From contig MHFI01000036.1 in the NCBI GenBank assembly GCA_001804125.1, forward strand, positions 94,785-158,784: a stretch of 64,000 nucleotides of DNA, written 5' to 3'. The notes below the pieces were generated by a model, which worked only from the letters and a program-made list of their open reading frames with translations, was not told the DNA's origin and ran no database searches. Positions 22,670-34,602 of this stretch are shown in pieces (the stretch's first letter is position 1; each line of letters opens with the position of its first letter). This stretch comes from Omnitrophica bacterium RIFCSPHIGHO2_02_FULL_51_18. GTDB taxonomy: Bacteria > Omnitrophota > Gorgyraeia > 2-02-FULL-51-18. The position numbers were made by a program, and so were the translations under genes.

Positions 22670-22699
22670 ATTATACCCCAAACAACTCCTACTCTACAA
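22670..22699 (-). promoter_or_regulatory. Putative sigma70 promoter of recA
   Basis: TTGTAG-N18-TATAAT on the minus strand, ~65 bp upstream of recA. Confidence 0.55.
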
Positions 22700-22745
22700 G
22701 ACGACGGACCCCTATTTTTTCGTTCAACCTTTTTTGACTTTTTAA

Positions 22746-23342
22746 TCACTCCTCCCTGCTCATCGCCTGCAGGTTGCCCGGCATCACGGGCATCGCGAAT
22801 GTCTGATAGCCGGCGGGAATCTCAAACAACGAATCGTCCTGCGGACCTTCCTGGATGTTCCGGTATTCCATGGACCAGCTGCCGTCAACGGCCTCAATTT
22901 TCAGCGGCACCTCAAAGCGGCCCATCCATTGATAAACGGCGTCCTGTCGGCCGGCCTGGGTGTAGCTTATTTTATACTTCTGCGCGGGTTCACCGTTAAC
23001 CGTTTCGGGTCCGACGAGGACCCGCTCAGTCTCGCCCGGCATCTCTTTTGAAACTTTGGGAAGCGTCGTCGGGTCCAACGGTTGTTCCATATACGCATTC
23101 TGGGCAGGCATGAGAATCCATACGACGTTCCTGTCCAAACGCGTGATCATAATGCTCTGAGGCGTTTCCATCCGCGTTTTGTCCTTTGCGACAAAAATTC
23201 TTCCCTGCATCGTTTGACCGCCGGCATCACTCAACACATCCGCCGAAAAATCACTCCACGTCTGGGCCGCGGCAACACCCGCACCCGCTGCACTCCATAC
23301 AAACAATAAAACCACCGGCAATCTCATAAAGTTTCTGTTCAT
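22746..23342 (-). CDS. Exported protein, DUF4412/LolA-like fold
   Basis: Signal peptide (AAA|Q); FSAD..G.I.V...K.R.E; E.V.G....KY; terminal D.SLFEIPAGY. Confidence 0.75.
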   Translation of the reverse strand: MNRNFMRLPVVLLFVWSAAGAGVAAAQTWSDFSADVLSDAGGQTMQGRIFVAKDKTRMETPQSIMITRLDRNVVWILMPAQNAYMEQPLDPTTLPKVSKEMPGETERVLVGPETVNGEPAQKYKISYTQAGRQDAVYQWMGRFEVPLKIEAVDGSWSMEYRNIQEGPQDDSLFEIPAGYQTFAMPVMPGNLQAMSREE

Positions 23343-23422
23343 ATCCGGGCCTCCTGTGAATTTAAACGGTTAGTTTACCCCTATCCGCGTGCTTGGGACA
23401 AGCAAATATCGTTTTGAATTTT

Positions 23423-23432
23423 GTGCTATAAT
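23423..23432 (+). promoter_or_regulatory. Extended -10 element (TGnTATAAT) upstream of cinA
   Basis: TGCTATAAT about 9 nt before the cinA ATG; no SD visible. Confidence 0.5.
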
Positions 23433-23440
23433 TCAGCTCT

Positions 23441-24700
23441 ATGCGCGCGGAAATCATCTCGATAGGCACCGAACTCCTCGTAGGCTCCATCCTGAATACC
23501 AATGCCCGCTTTCTTTCACAGGCGCTTGCGGAGCACGCCGTCGACGTCTATCACCAAATGACGGTCGGTGACAATATTGACAGAATCATCGGGTGCCTGA
23601 AGACCGCCGCGGAACGCTCGGAAATTATTGTTACTTCAGGCGGGTTAGGACCGACGGAGGACGACGTGACGACACGCGCGGTGTCGCGCTTCCTCGGAAA
23701 ACCCTTATTATTTCACGCACCCACCTACCGGTACATACGGCAGCGTCTCAAAAAACGGGCGCTTGCCATGAACCCACTGACCGCCACACAGTGCCATGTT
23801 CCGAAAGAGGCCAAGGTACTGGAAAACTCGATGGGCACGGCGCCCGGAACGCTGTCCGGATTCGACTGGGAAGGTCAAAAACGCTGGCTTCTGGTGTTGC
23901 CCGGCCCGCCCCGCGAACTTGAGCCTTTATTTCGCAAGGCATGGCCGCTGCTTGCGAAACTGGCAAAAATAAAAAAGGAGCATTTTGAAATCCGCCCCGT
24001 CCACCTGGCGGGAGTTTTGGAATCCCAGGTTGCCCAGAAAGTCACCGATCTTTTAAAGCGGCCGCCTCCCGTTACCGTCGGCATCTACGCAAAACCGCAG
24101 GAGGTAGAGCTGAAAATCATGGCCAAAGCGCCTTCAAAACCGAAAGCCATGAAGCTCGCCGACCGTATGGAGCGGACAATCCGGAAACGCCTTAAGGAAA
24201 AAGTGTTTGGCGTCAATCGCGAATCTCTTTCCGTTGTCGTCGGAAATCTTTTGAGAAAAAGAAAGGCGACGCTGGCCGCGGCGGAGTCCTGCACCGGCGG
24301 ACTTTTTTCAAATTTTGTGACGGACACGGCCGGAAGCTCGGTTTATTTCGCGGGAGGCATCGTCGCCTACTCAAACCGGATCAAGCAATCGGCGCTTAAG
24401 GTAAACGGTGCGTCTCTCAGGAAACTCGGCGCGGTGAGCGCTCCCGTGGCGCGCGAAATGGCAAAAAACGTCAAGTTGCTTTTTCAGACAGACTTCGGCG
24501 TCGGGATCACGGGAATCGCCGGGCCCGGCGGAGGCTCGGCCAAAAAACCGGCGGGACTCGTTTATATCGCGATCACCGGGCCCAGACGGACGCGGGTTAC
24601 AAAGAATCTCTTCCTAGGCGACCGCGCCACTATCAAAAAAAGCGCCGCCTTGAAAGCGCTTGATCTCCTAAGGCTCGAGCTGGAAAACCACGCGCGCTAA
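23441..24700 (+). CDS. cinA: Competence/damage-inducible CinA (COG1058 domain plus NMN deamidase PncC)
   Basis: IGTELL.G...NTN, GGLGPT.DD.T, PGPP.E, AESCTGG, GAVS, TGIAGPGGG. Confidence 0.96.
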   Translation: MRAEIISIGTELLVGSILNTNARFLSQALAEHAVDVYHQMTVGDNIDRIIGCLKTAAERSEIIVTSGGLGPTEDDVTTRAVSRFLGKPLLFHAPTYRYIRQRLKKRALAMNPLTATQCHVPKEAKVLENSMGTAPGTLSGFDWEGQKRWLLVLPGPPRELEPLFRKAWPLLAKLAKIKKEHFEIRPVHLAGVLESQVAQKVTDLLKRPPPVTVGIYAKPQEVELKIMAKAPSKPKAMKLADRMERTIRKRLKEKVFGVNRESLSVVVGNLLRKRKATLAAAESCTGGLFSNFVTDTAGSSVYFAGGIVAYSNRIKQSALKVNGASLRKLGAVSAPVAREMAKNVKLLFQTDFGVGITGIAGPGGGSAKKPAGLVYIAITGPRRTRVTKNLFLGDRATIKKSAALKALDLLRLELENHAR

Positions 24701-25260
24701 CCGAAGCAGCCTCTGTTTTTCACGAGATACCGCACGCCGCTCCATACGGTCACCGCGACGATCAAGAACATGCCGTAATAGATGAATAAAAGCGCCGTCG
24801 GCGTCCATTCGGGGCGCCACGCGGGGCTCTCTTGGACGGCCAAAAAAATCAATACCCCGATAATGGATGAAATCTGAAGCGCGGTTTTGTGTTTTCCGCT
24901 TTGGCGGGGCTCCGTTTTTTGGGACCGGCCTTGAGGAATGGACAAACGCAGGCCCGTGATTAAAACGTCGCGCGCGATAATCACAATCACCATCCACGCC
25001 GGTAAAATCCCCATCTGCACAAATGAAATATAGGCGGAGAGCGTCAGAAGCTTGTCGGCGATCGGGTCCATGAGCTGGCCTAGCGGCGTGATCTCGCCCC
25101 GCTGCCTCGCAATCTTGCCGTCCCAGTAATCGGTGATCGCCGCGAACAAAAACACGCCGAGCGCCGCCGGCATCATTCCTTCAGCTTTCGAGAAAAGGAG
25201 AAAAACAAAAAGAATCGTTAGAAAAATCCTTAAGAGAGTGAGTTTGTTGGGCAGGTTCAT
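24697..25260 (-). CDS. pgsA: CDP-diacylglycerol--glycerol-3-phosphate 3-phosphatidyltransferase
   Basis: NLPN.LT..R, TD..DG.IAR.....T..G...DP.ADK. Confidence 0.97.
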   Translation of the reverse strand: MNLPNKLTLLRIFLTILFVFLLFSKAEGMMPAALGVFLFAAITDYWDGKIARQRGEITPLGQLMDPIADKLLTLSAYISFVQMGILPAWMVIVIIARDVLITGLRLSIPQGRSQKTEPRQSGKHKTALQISSIIGVLIFLAVQESPAWRPEWTPTALLFIYYGMFLIVAVTVWSGVRYLVKNRGCFG

Positions 25261-25305
25261 CCCGCCCTTCCTTCGCGACTCGTATCCTTTTTTGGAAGGG
25301 CGGGA
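25260..25305. mobile_element. Junction mini-element (12-bp TIR TCCCGCCCTTCC) between rimO and pgsA
   Basis: Perfect 12-bp TIRs flanked by TTCA on both sides. Confidence 0.65.
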
Positions 25306-25310
25306 TTCAA

Positions 25311-26657
25311 CTACCGCGTGCCTTCGAAATCGCCGACGAGGTCGTATTCCATCGCGTCGGTGATTTTTACGCTCACAAACCCGCCGGGCTTGAGCGCTTG
25401 GCCGGAATGGATAATGACCTGGTTGTCCACTTCCGGCGCGTCGCTTTCCGTACGCCCGTAGTAGATCCCTTTTTCGTTGGGATTCTTTTCATCGACCAGC
25501 ACCGCAAGCATGCGGCCGACCTGGGCGCGGTTCATTTCCACGGAAATCTCCTGCTGCTGGGCCATCACGGCGTTGAAACGTTCTTGCTTGAGCTCTTGAG
25601 GAATCTGGTTTGTCATTTGAAAGGATTTAGATCCTTCTTCGTGAGAATACATGAAAGCGCCGAGCCTGTCAAAACACGTTTCTTTTAAGAAATCCATGAG
25701 ATCCTTGAATTCCTCCTCGGTCTCACCGGGAAAACCGACAATCACGGTCGTCCGAATACTGATTCCTGGAATTTTCTTCCGAAGCGTTTCGATCCCCCAT
25801 TCCATCCGGGCGCGGTCCACGCCGCGGTTCATGCGCACGAGCATCGCATCGTGGCTGTGTTCGATCGGGAAATCGATGTAGCGGCATATCGCCGGGTGCC
25901 GCGCAATCACCTCAACCAGCTCCTCGGTCACATGCGCCGGGTGCGCATAAAGAAACCGGACCCATGGGACGAGGTCCAGCCGGGCGATCTTGTCCAAAAG
26001 GACCGGTAGTTTGAAGCTTCGGTCGTTAGGGTCATAACCGTAGGCAGCCGTGTCCTGGCCGATCAGATTTATTTCCGAAAGACTGCGGACGGCGGCGATG
26101 TTCCGGATTTCATTCAGGATGGATTCGACCGGGCGGGAGCGATGCGCTCCTTTCATTTGCGGGATCACGCAGTACGAACAGGCGTTGATACAGCCTTCTG
26201 AAATCTTGATGTAGGCCAAATGAGGAGGGGTCAGATATTCCCGCGGGGAGTTCTCATCCAGAATATAACGCGGTTTTGCCTTGACCGCAAGGACCTTGCC
26301 TTTTTTTTCTTTGATCGGACGAAGCAAATCCGCCAAATGGCCGTAACTGTCGGTGCCAATAATCCCGTCCACCTCCTCAAGCTCCTTCTGAAGATCGGGC
26401 CCATAACGCTGGGCAAGGCATCCCAGCACCACCACCGCGGCGAGCCTCCCCTTTTTCTTAAGCTCACAAAGCCCAAGAATGGTTTCCACGGACTCTTTTT
26501 TGGCCTCTTCGACAAAACCGCACGTATTGACGATCGCGATGTCCGCCTTTTCCACATCGCGCACAATCTCGTAACCGTCTTTCTTGAGACTCCCAAGCGC
26601 CACCTCGGAATCCACGAGGGTTCTTGAACATCCCAGACTGACTAAGCTGACCTTCAT
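25311..26657 (-). CDS. rimO: Ribosomal protein S12 methylthiotransferase
   Basis: SLGC, NTCGF...AK.ES, radical SAM CxxxCxxC (GCINACSYC), TRAM domain with APEVD. Confidence 0.96.
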   Translation of the reverse strand: MKVSLVSLGCSRTLVDSEVALGSLKKDGYEIVRDVEKADIAIVNTCGFVEEAKKESVETILGLCELKKKGRLAAVVVLGCLAQRYGPDLQKELEEVDGIIGTDSYGHLADLLRPIKEKKGKVLAVKAKPRYILDENSPREYLTPPHLAYIKISEGCINACSYCVIPQMKGAHRSRPVESILNEIRNIAAVRSLSEINLIGQDTAAYGYDPNDRSFKLPVLLDKIARLDLVPWVRFLYAHPAHVTEELVEVIARHPAICRYIDFPIEHSHDAMLVRMNRGVDRARMEWGIETLRKKIPGISIRTTVIVGFPGETEEEFKDLMDFLKETCFDRLGAFMYSHEEGSKSFQMTNQIPQELKQERFNAVMAQQQEISVEMNRAQVGRMLAVLVDEKNPNEKGIYYGRTESDAPEVDNQVIIHSGQALKPGGFVSVKITDAMEYDLVGDFEGTR

Positions 26658-27473
26658 TTAGGAGACGGCTTTCACACCCTCGTGAGTGACTAGCATTTTA
26701 TTGACCGAGCCCTTGCCGGGAGAGCCAAGCGCATGTTTGTTGAGGTCAAGAGACATGTTGGAGGCATTTCCGCTCCAGACCCGGATGGATTTATCGGCGG
26801 ACCAACTTTCGACGGCGCCCTTCTTTAAGATGGATTGGAATAGAACCTTGCCGTCGCAAGTGATATGGAGCCACACATTGTCGAGCGCCTTGATCTTAAG
26901 ATCCAGCGAACGTTTAGAGTCAAGCTTGGGAAAATTTTCAAGTTTGGGGCTCCGGAGCCATTCACCGGAAGTGCTGAGCGCCGCCGGGGCCGCGGTCTGT
27001 TTGGTTTGCAGTTCGGCGCCGCGCGCCGGGTCCTTCGCCGGCGTTTCATGAGTAACCGCTTTCCGCCAGACAAATGCCGTCCAATCGTGGAAATGCTTTG
27101 TCACGTAAAAAACCGCGGCGACGCACAACAATGCAACCACCACCCTTCCCAGCGCCGGGCCTAAGTTCCGAAACCCGCGTGTCTCCCGAATCCTTTCATC
27201 CGCGGTCTTAAGATAGAGAATCTGCTCCGGCTGGATTTTTTTCCCCTGCTTGTCATAGGCATCCAGAATCTCTTCGGGATTCACTTCGAGAAACTCGGCG
27301 TAGCTCTTCAAAAAACTTTTGGCAAAAAGGGGGCTCGGGAGTTTTTCAAACTTCTCCTCCTCGAGGATCTGAATAATCCGCGGGTGGATCTTGATCTTCG
27401 CGTGCACCTCGTCCAAGGTGATCGCTTTCTTTTCCCTGGCCTCTTTCAAGCGGTTTCCGATAGCGGTGATCAC
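26658..27473 (-). CDS. rodZ: RodZ-like HTH membrane protein (HTH_25, TM, DUF4115-like C-terminus)
   Basis: IG..LK.ARE....L..V....KI, LP...F...FL.SYA.FL, TM segment, C-terminal W..I..DG...GNA. Confidence 0.85.
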   Translation of the reverse strand: MITAIGNRLKEAREKKAITLDEVHAKIKIHPRIIQILEEEKFEKLPSPLFAKSFLKSYAEFLEVNPEEILDAYDKQGKKIQPEQILYLKTADERIRETRGFRNLGPALGRVVVALLCVAAVFYVTKHFHDWTAFVWRKAVTHETPAKDPARGAELQTKQTAAPAALSTSGEWLRSPKLENFPKLDSKRSLDLKIKALDNVWLHITCDGKVLFQSILKKGAVESWSADKSIRVWSGNASNMSLDLNKHALGSPGKGSVNKMLVTHEGVKAVS

Positions 27474-27552
27474 CCCACCACCCCCTTTTGAGACGACGAA
27501 GTCGTCTCGGCGCCTCGCGCCAAAATTAAAGATTTAAAAGGGGGTGGTGGGG
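27473..27552. mobile_element. Junction mini-element (17-bp TIR CCCCACCACCCCCTTTT) between ftsK and rodZ
   Basis: Perfect 17-bp TIRs with TCA (TGA on the coding strand) on both flanks. Confidence 0.75.
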
Positions 27553-29774
<2,222 letters not shown>

Positions 29775-29775
<1 letters not shown>

Positions 29776-29902
29776 CCCATCCCCTCTTTCTTTCCGCCGC
29801 AGTCGCAGCGACTACGACACCTATTGTAAACATACCCTGCGGCGGAAAAATTTGCCGCTGGCAAATTTAGAAATCCCCTGGATTTTGAAAGAGGGGATGG
29901 GG
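29775..29902. mobile_element. Junction mini-element (16-bp TIR CCCCATCCCCTCTTTC) between dut and ftsK
   Basis: Perfect 16-bp TIRs, TCA on both flanks, internal nested hairpins. Confidence 0.75.
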
Positions 29903-29910
29903 TCATGCCC

Positions 29911-30360
29911 CTAAACTCCCGTATGCCCGAATCCTCCATACGCGCGAGAGGTGTTTTCAAGTTGCCCCACGATTTCAATGTCGGCCTTCACGATTTCTTG
30001 AATCACCATTTGTGCCACGCGCGCGCCGCGTTTAATCACGTAAAGCTCCCGGCCGAGATTTGTGACAATCAAGGAAATGACGCCGCGGTAGTCGCTGTCA
30101 ATGGTTCCGGGGGTATTTACAAACGTGATCCCGTGCTTCAAAGCCAGGCCGCTCCGAGGGCGAATCTGCGCCTCGAAACCCCGGGGAATACTGACAGAAA
30201 TGCCGGTGGAAATAAGCTTTATTTCCCCCGGCATGATCGCCAAATCCCCGTCCACGGCCGCACAAAGATCCATGCCGGAAGCGCCCGCCGACATGTAGGC
30301 CGGCAGCGTTATGTCCTCAGTTCCAGGACTTCTTTTTACCTGAATTTTTACTGTTTTCAC
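29911..30360 (-). CDS. dut: dUTP diphosphatase
   Basis: GMDL, RPRSGLA, NTPGTIDSDYRG, R..GGFGHTG; start probably the GTG at 30360 overlapping the pnp end. Confidence 0.95.
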   Translation of the reverse strand: MKTVKIQVKRSPGTEDITLPAYMSAGASGMDLCAAVDGDLAIMPGEIKLISTGISVSIPRGFEAQIRPRSGLALKHGITFVNTPGTIDSDYRGVISLIVTNLGRELYVIKRGARVAQMVIQEIVKADIEIVGQLENTSRAYGGFGHTGV

Positions 30361-32467
30361 CGCGTCTCGAGACAACCGGAGGACCGTCGGTTGCGCTTTG
30401 CTTTTTCGAAAGATTGATACGACCCTGCATGTCAATCTCGATCACCTTGACGGGGAACTCATCGCCGACCTTGACCACGTCCTCGATGTTGTCCACGTAC
30501 TTGTCGGAGAGCTCAGAAACGTGCACCAACCCTTCCTTGCCCGGCAGGATTTCACAAAACGCGCCGAAGTTCATGATGCGTTTAACCTTGCCCTGATAGA
30601 CTTTACCGACCTCCGCTTCGGCTGTGATTCCATGAATCATCTCGATCGCTTTCTTCGCGCACTCATTGTCCGTCGAGGCGATCTTCACGGTGCCGTCATC
30701 CTCCACTTCAATCGAAGCGCCTGAATCAGCCGTGATCTTCCGGATCATCTTGCCGCCGGGGCCGATGATTTCACGGATTTTCTCGGGGTCCACTTTGATC
30801 GTCGTGATGCGCGGCGCGAATTTTGACACGTCCTTGCGCGGCACGGCGAGGGCTTGGGTCATTTTTTTTAAGATCTCAAGCCGGGCTTCCCTGGCCTGCT
30901 CAAGCGCTTTCTTGAGCGTCGAAATGTCAAGAGAATCCTTAAGCTTGATGTCCAACTGTACGGCCGTTACGCCTTTTTCGGTGCCGGTGACCTTAAAATC
31001 CATATCTCCCAGATGGTCTTCAACGCCCGCGATGTCCGTCAGAATGGCCACGCGCTCTTTCTCTTTCACAAGACCCATCGCGATGCCGCTGACAGGCGCT
31101 TTAATCGGGACACCCGCATCCATCAGGGCCAGCGTGCCCGAGCAGACGCTCGCCATGCTCGAAGAACCGTTGGATTCCAAAATGTCGGAAACCACGCGGA
31201 TCGTGTAGGGAAACTCCTCTTTTGAGGGAATCACTGCCCTTAGGCCCCTTTCCGCCAAAGCACCATGCCCGATCTCACGCCGTCCGGGTCCGCGGTTGGG
31301 GCGCATCTCACCCACCGAGAATGAGGGAAAATTATAGTGAAACATGAACGTCTTAAAGATATCCCCCTCGATCGCGTCGATAATCTGCTCATTTCGTGAC
31401 GTGCCAAGAGTCACCACACCCAGCGACTGCGTCTGGCCGCGGGTGAAAAGAGCTGAGCCGTGCGTGCGCGGGAGCACCCCGATTTCGCAGCTCACATTTC
31501 TTATTTCATTGAATTTTCTTCCGTCCGTGCGGAGGTGCTTGCCGAGTATGAACTCACGCACCTCTTCTTTTTCCACATCGTGAAAGGCCTGTTGAACCTG
31601 AAGCTCGTTGACCTCCCCGCCCTCGACCACGAGCGCCTCAAGCACTTTCTTATTCAGCGCTTGAATGGCTTCGTCGCGGGATTCTTTCGTTTTCTCGCTG
31701 TGATTGATATGATCGATCGACTTTGCTGATAAATCACGCACTTTTTTCATAAGCGCTTCGGTCGGTTTGGTAAGCGTCACTTTCCAAACCTCCTTGCCGC
31801 AAGCCTTGGCCATCTCTTTCTGCAGTTTTAAAACAGGCTTTAAAACCTCCGTCGCGTATTCCAAAGCTTCGACGATTCGCGCTTCGGAAACAATGCTTGC
31901 CCCCGCCTCGATCATAATGATCCCGAGCTCCGTGGTGGCCACCACGATATCCAGCGTGCTTTTCTCAACCTCTTTGAAAGTGGGATTTACGACAAATTTT
32001 CCCTCGACCTCTCCGACCCGGCAAGCGGCCGCCGGGCCCAGGTAAGGAATGCCGGAAATCATGAGCGCCGCCGAAGCGGCGTTTATCGCGAGAACATCGG
32101 AATTATTTTCCTTGTCACTCGACAAAACCGTGGCCGTGATTTGGACTTCGTTAAGGAAGCCTTCGGGGAATAAAGGGCGCAGAGGCCTGTCAATGAGGCG
32201 CGAGGTCAGTGTCTCTTTTTCAGAGGCCCTGCCTTCACGCTTGAAATAACCGCCGGGAATTTTTCCCCCGGCATAGCTTTTTTCCTGGTAGTCGACGGTC
32301 AGGGGGAAGAAATCGGTGCCCTCTTTGGGCTCGCGGGCGCCGCAAACGGCCACCAGTACCATCGTGCCGCCGGTGCTCACCACGACGGAGCCGTCGGCCT
32401 GTTTGGCCATACGGCCTGTTTCAAAGGACAGCGCTTTCTGTCCGAGAAGAATCTCGAATTTTTTCAC
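30317..32467 (-). CDS. pnp: Polyribonucleotide nucleotidyltransferase (PNPase)
   Basis: DFFPLTVDY, SRLIDRPLRP, RREIGHG, ESNGSSSMA, GDMDFKV, KH and S1 domains. Confidence 0.99.
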   Translation of the reverse strand: MKKFEILLGQKALSFETGRMAKQADGSVVVSTGGTMVLVAVCGAREPKEGTDFFPLTVDYQEKSYAGGKIPGGYFKREGRASEKETLTSRLIDRPLRPLFPEGFLNEVQITATVLSSDKENNSDVLAINAASAALMISGIPYLGPAAACRVGEVEGKFVVNPTFKEVEKSTLDIVVATTELGIIMIEAGASIVSEARIVEALEYATEVLKPVLKLQKEMAKACGKEVWKVTLTKPTEALMKKVRDLSAKSIDHINHSEKTKESRDEAIQALNKKVLEALVVEGGEVNELQVQQAFHDVEKEEVREFILGKHLRTDGRKFNEIRNVSCEIGVLPRTHGSALFTRGQTQSLGVVTLGTSRNEQIIDAIEGDIFKTFMFHYNFPSFSVGEMRPNRGPGRREIGHGALAERGLRAVIPSKEEFPYTIRVVSDILESNGSSSMASVCSGTLALMDAGVPIKAPVSGIAMGLVKEKERVAILTDIAGVEDHLGDMDFKVTGTEKGVTAVQLDIKLKDSLDISTLKKALEQAREARLEILKKMTQALAVPRKDVSKFAPRITTIKVDPEKIREIIGPGGKMIRKITADSGASIEVEDDGTVKIASTDNECAKKAIEMIHGITAEAEVGKVYQGKVKRIMNFGAFCEILPGKEGLVHVSELSDKYVDNIEDVVKVGDEFPVKVIEIDMQGRINLSKKQSATDGPPVVSRRGENSKNSGKKKSWN

Positions 32468-32474
32468 TGCGGGC

Positions 32475-32744
32475 CTACTTTCTTAGGCTCAGCTGATCAA
32501 TCAGCTTGTAGTACGCGTCTTGGTCCTCGCGCTTCAAAAAATCAAGGAGCTTTCGGCGTTGCGATACAAGCATCAACAGCCCGCGTCGGGAATGATTGTC
32601 CTTGGTGTGAGACTTGAAATGGCTGCCTAAGTTGTTGATTCTTTCCGTCAAGACCGCAATTTGGACAAATGAAGAACCCGTGTCCTTGTCATGGGTCTTG
32701 AATTTCTGGATCACTTCCTTTTTTCTCGTCTTAGTGATGGACAT
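32475..32744 (-). CDS. rpsO: 30S ribosomal protein S15
   Basis: [29 protein letters not shown]. Confidence 0.99.
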   Translation of the reverse strand: MSITKTRKKEVIQKFKTHDKDTGSSFVQIAVLTERINNLGSHFKSHTKDNHSRRGLLMLVSQRRKLLDFLKREDQDAYYKLIDQLSLRK

Positions 32745-32887
32745 TCTTGACTCTTTCTGTTTTAGCTGTCCAAACCCGCATTAGGCTGTCGAAAATCATA
32801 AGTCCTTGGAAACAAACCAATTAAAAACTTTGGGCCGGAAAATCTTTGCCCATGCAAAGTTTGGAATAACTGTTGGTTTAACTCGGG

Positions 32888-33832
32888 CTAAATTATACTG
32901 GCTTTAACAGGCTTTGTAAAGAGAAATAAGGTTTCCCGAATGTCGTTCCGGATCGCCGCCTGAAGCAGGGCCGAGCTTTTAAACTTCCGGGTGTCCCGCA
33001 AACGCGCTATAAATATCAATTCCAACTCCTTGCCATAAATGTTCTTATGAAAATTTAAAAAATGCGCTTCGAGGCTTTTCTGCTGATCTTTAAATGTCGG
33101 CCGCACTCCGATATGAATCACTCCCTTTAATCTCCGGCCCCCGAGAAATCCGTAAGCGGCGTACACCCCGTTGGGCGGCAAGGTCTCATGGTGCATGTTG
33201 AGATTGGCCGTGGGAAAACCCGTCGACCGGCCCCGCCCGCGCCCCCGCACGACCGTCCCGTAAACCGACACGGGCCGGCCAAGCATTTGCCGGGCTTTTT
33301 TAAGCTCGCCTCTTTCCACAAGCTGCCGAATCCGGGTGCTGGAGATGATCTCACGACCGTGCTTTAACGCCTGGATCAGAGAAAGCTTGAATTTCAGGCG
33401 CCTGGATTCCGCTTTAAGAAATGCGGTATTGCCGGCGCCTTTACAGCCAAAGCGGAAATCATGGCCCACCGTCAGCGATCTCATGTTCAGTTGCTTCAGG
33501 AGAACCTCCTCTAAAAACTCTCGGCGGGAAATCACGGCGATTTTCTTATTGAAATGAATCACAATCGTCTCGGCCGCGCCCAGCGCTTTGAAGATCCGAA
33601 GCCGGTGCGGCAGGGACATCAGGATCGGCTCTTTGGAGCGGGGCCTTAAGACCCGGTTCGGGTGCGGATCAAACGTGATGACCGTTGGACTTAAATGAAA
33701 CCGCCGGGCCTGCGCAAGCATCCGGTTTAAAATTTTCCGGTGACCGCGGTGCACGCCGTCAAATACGCCGATCGCCACTGCGCGCGGCGCGGGTTTGATT
33801 TTCCTGTCGTTAATTCCGTGATACAGTTTCAT
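32888..33832 (-). CDS. ribF: Bifunctional riboflavin kinase/FAD synthetase
   Basis: GVFDGVH.GH, TFDPHP, ISSTRIR, GFPTAN, G.RPTF. Confidence 0.97.
   Translation of the reverse strand: MKLYHGINDRKIKPAPRAVAIGVFDGVHRGHRKILNRMLAQARRFHLSPTVITFDPHPNRVLRPRSKEPILMSLPHRLRIFKALGAAETIVIHFNKKIAVISRREFLEEVLLKQLNMRSLTVGHDFRFGCKGAGNTAFLKAESRRLKFKLSLIQALKHGREIISSTRIRQLVERGELKKARQMLGRPVSVYGTVVRGRGRGRSTGFPTANLNMHHETLPPNGVYAAYGFLGGRRLKGVIHIGVRPTFKDQQKSLEAHFLNFHKNIYGKELELIFIARLRDTRKFKSSALLQAAIRNDIRETLFLFTKPVKASII
32892..32920 (-). promoter_or_regulatory. sigma70 promoter of rpsO-pnp, inside the ribF 3' end
   Basis: TTTACA-N17-TATAAT; gives a ~140-nt leader. Confidence 0.65.
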
Positions 33833-34520
33833 TTCTTACGGGGTCAAAATTTAAAAGCATGCGCTCCAGAAGATCGCACGGCAATCGGTCCGTTCGTTCC
33901 CGTGTAAGCGCATGGGCCAGTCGAAAAGGGCCCACACGGTTCCGGACTAAGGCTGAAAGCGTGGCGCCGCAACCAAGTCTTTTGCCGACATCATCGCACA
34001 AGGAACGCACATAAGCGCCTTTGGAGCAGGTCAGAAAAAAATAAACTTCCGGCGGATCCCATCGCGTGATGGAGAACTGTGAAATAACCACTTCGCGCGG
34101 CTGGCTCTCAATCACCGCACCCTGACGCGCCAGTTCATACATTTTTTTGCCCTTCTGACGAACCGCCGAATAAGCGGGGGGTGTCTGAAGTTTGTTTCCT
34201 GTAAGCTCGGCAAAAATCGAATGGACGCGAGCCTCATCGGGAAAAACCGGCTGCCCTCCAAAAAGCACCCTTCCCTCCAGATCCTGCGTGTCCGTGGAAA
34301 ACCCGAGTGTTAGGGCGCCTGAGTAATCCTTGTCCATGGAAGTGAGAACACTCGAAAGCTTCGTGGCCTTTCCAATCAGCATAACGAGAAGCCCCGTCGC
34401 CAGAGGGTCCAGCGTGCCCGCGTGCCCCACGCTTTTTTGCCGGATTTTCTTCCGGATGAAATCCACGGCATCGTGGCTCGTCCAAAGAATCGGCTTATTG
34501 AACAGAAGGATTCCATCCAT
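33810..34520 (-). CDS. truB: tRNA pseudouridine(55) synthase
   Basis: KP..WTSHD.V, GHAGTLDPLATG, Q.PP.YSA, CSKG.YVRSL. Confidence 0.97.
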   Translation of the reverse strand: MDGILLFNKPILWTSHDAVDFIRKKIRQKSVGHAGTLDPLATGLLVMLIGKATKLSSVLTSMDKDYSGALTLGFSTDTQDLEGRVLFGGQPVFPDEARVHSIFAELTGNKLQTPPAYSAVRQKGKKMYELARQGAVIESQPREVVISQFSITRWDPPEVYFFLTCSKGAYVRSLCDDVGKRLGCGATLSALVRNRVGPFRLAHALTRERTDRLPCDLLERMLLNFDPVRNETVSRN

Positions 34521-34531
34521 AGCATTATGAC

Positions 34532-34598
34532 GTCATTCTGAGCGAAGCGAAGAATCTCAAGCTTGAGATCCTTCGGCGCTACTGCGCCTCAGGATGAC
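34532..34598. repeat. Inverted pair of GTCA-type REP units
   Basis: GTCATTCTGAGCGAAGCGAAGAATCTC-AAGCTT-GAGATCCTTCG..CTCAGGATGAC. Confidence 0.85.
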
Positions 34599-34602
34599 GT
34601 AT

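Noticed and set aside
32745-32887. S15 autoregulatory leader RNA
   Set aside because: Plausible by position, but I could not identify a supporting structure by eye
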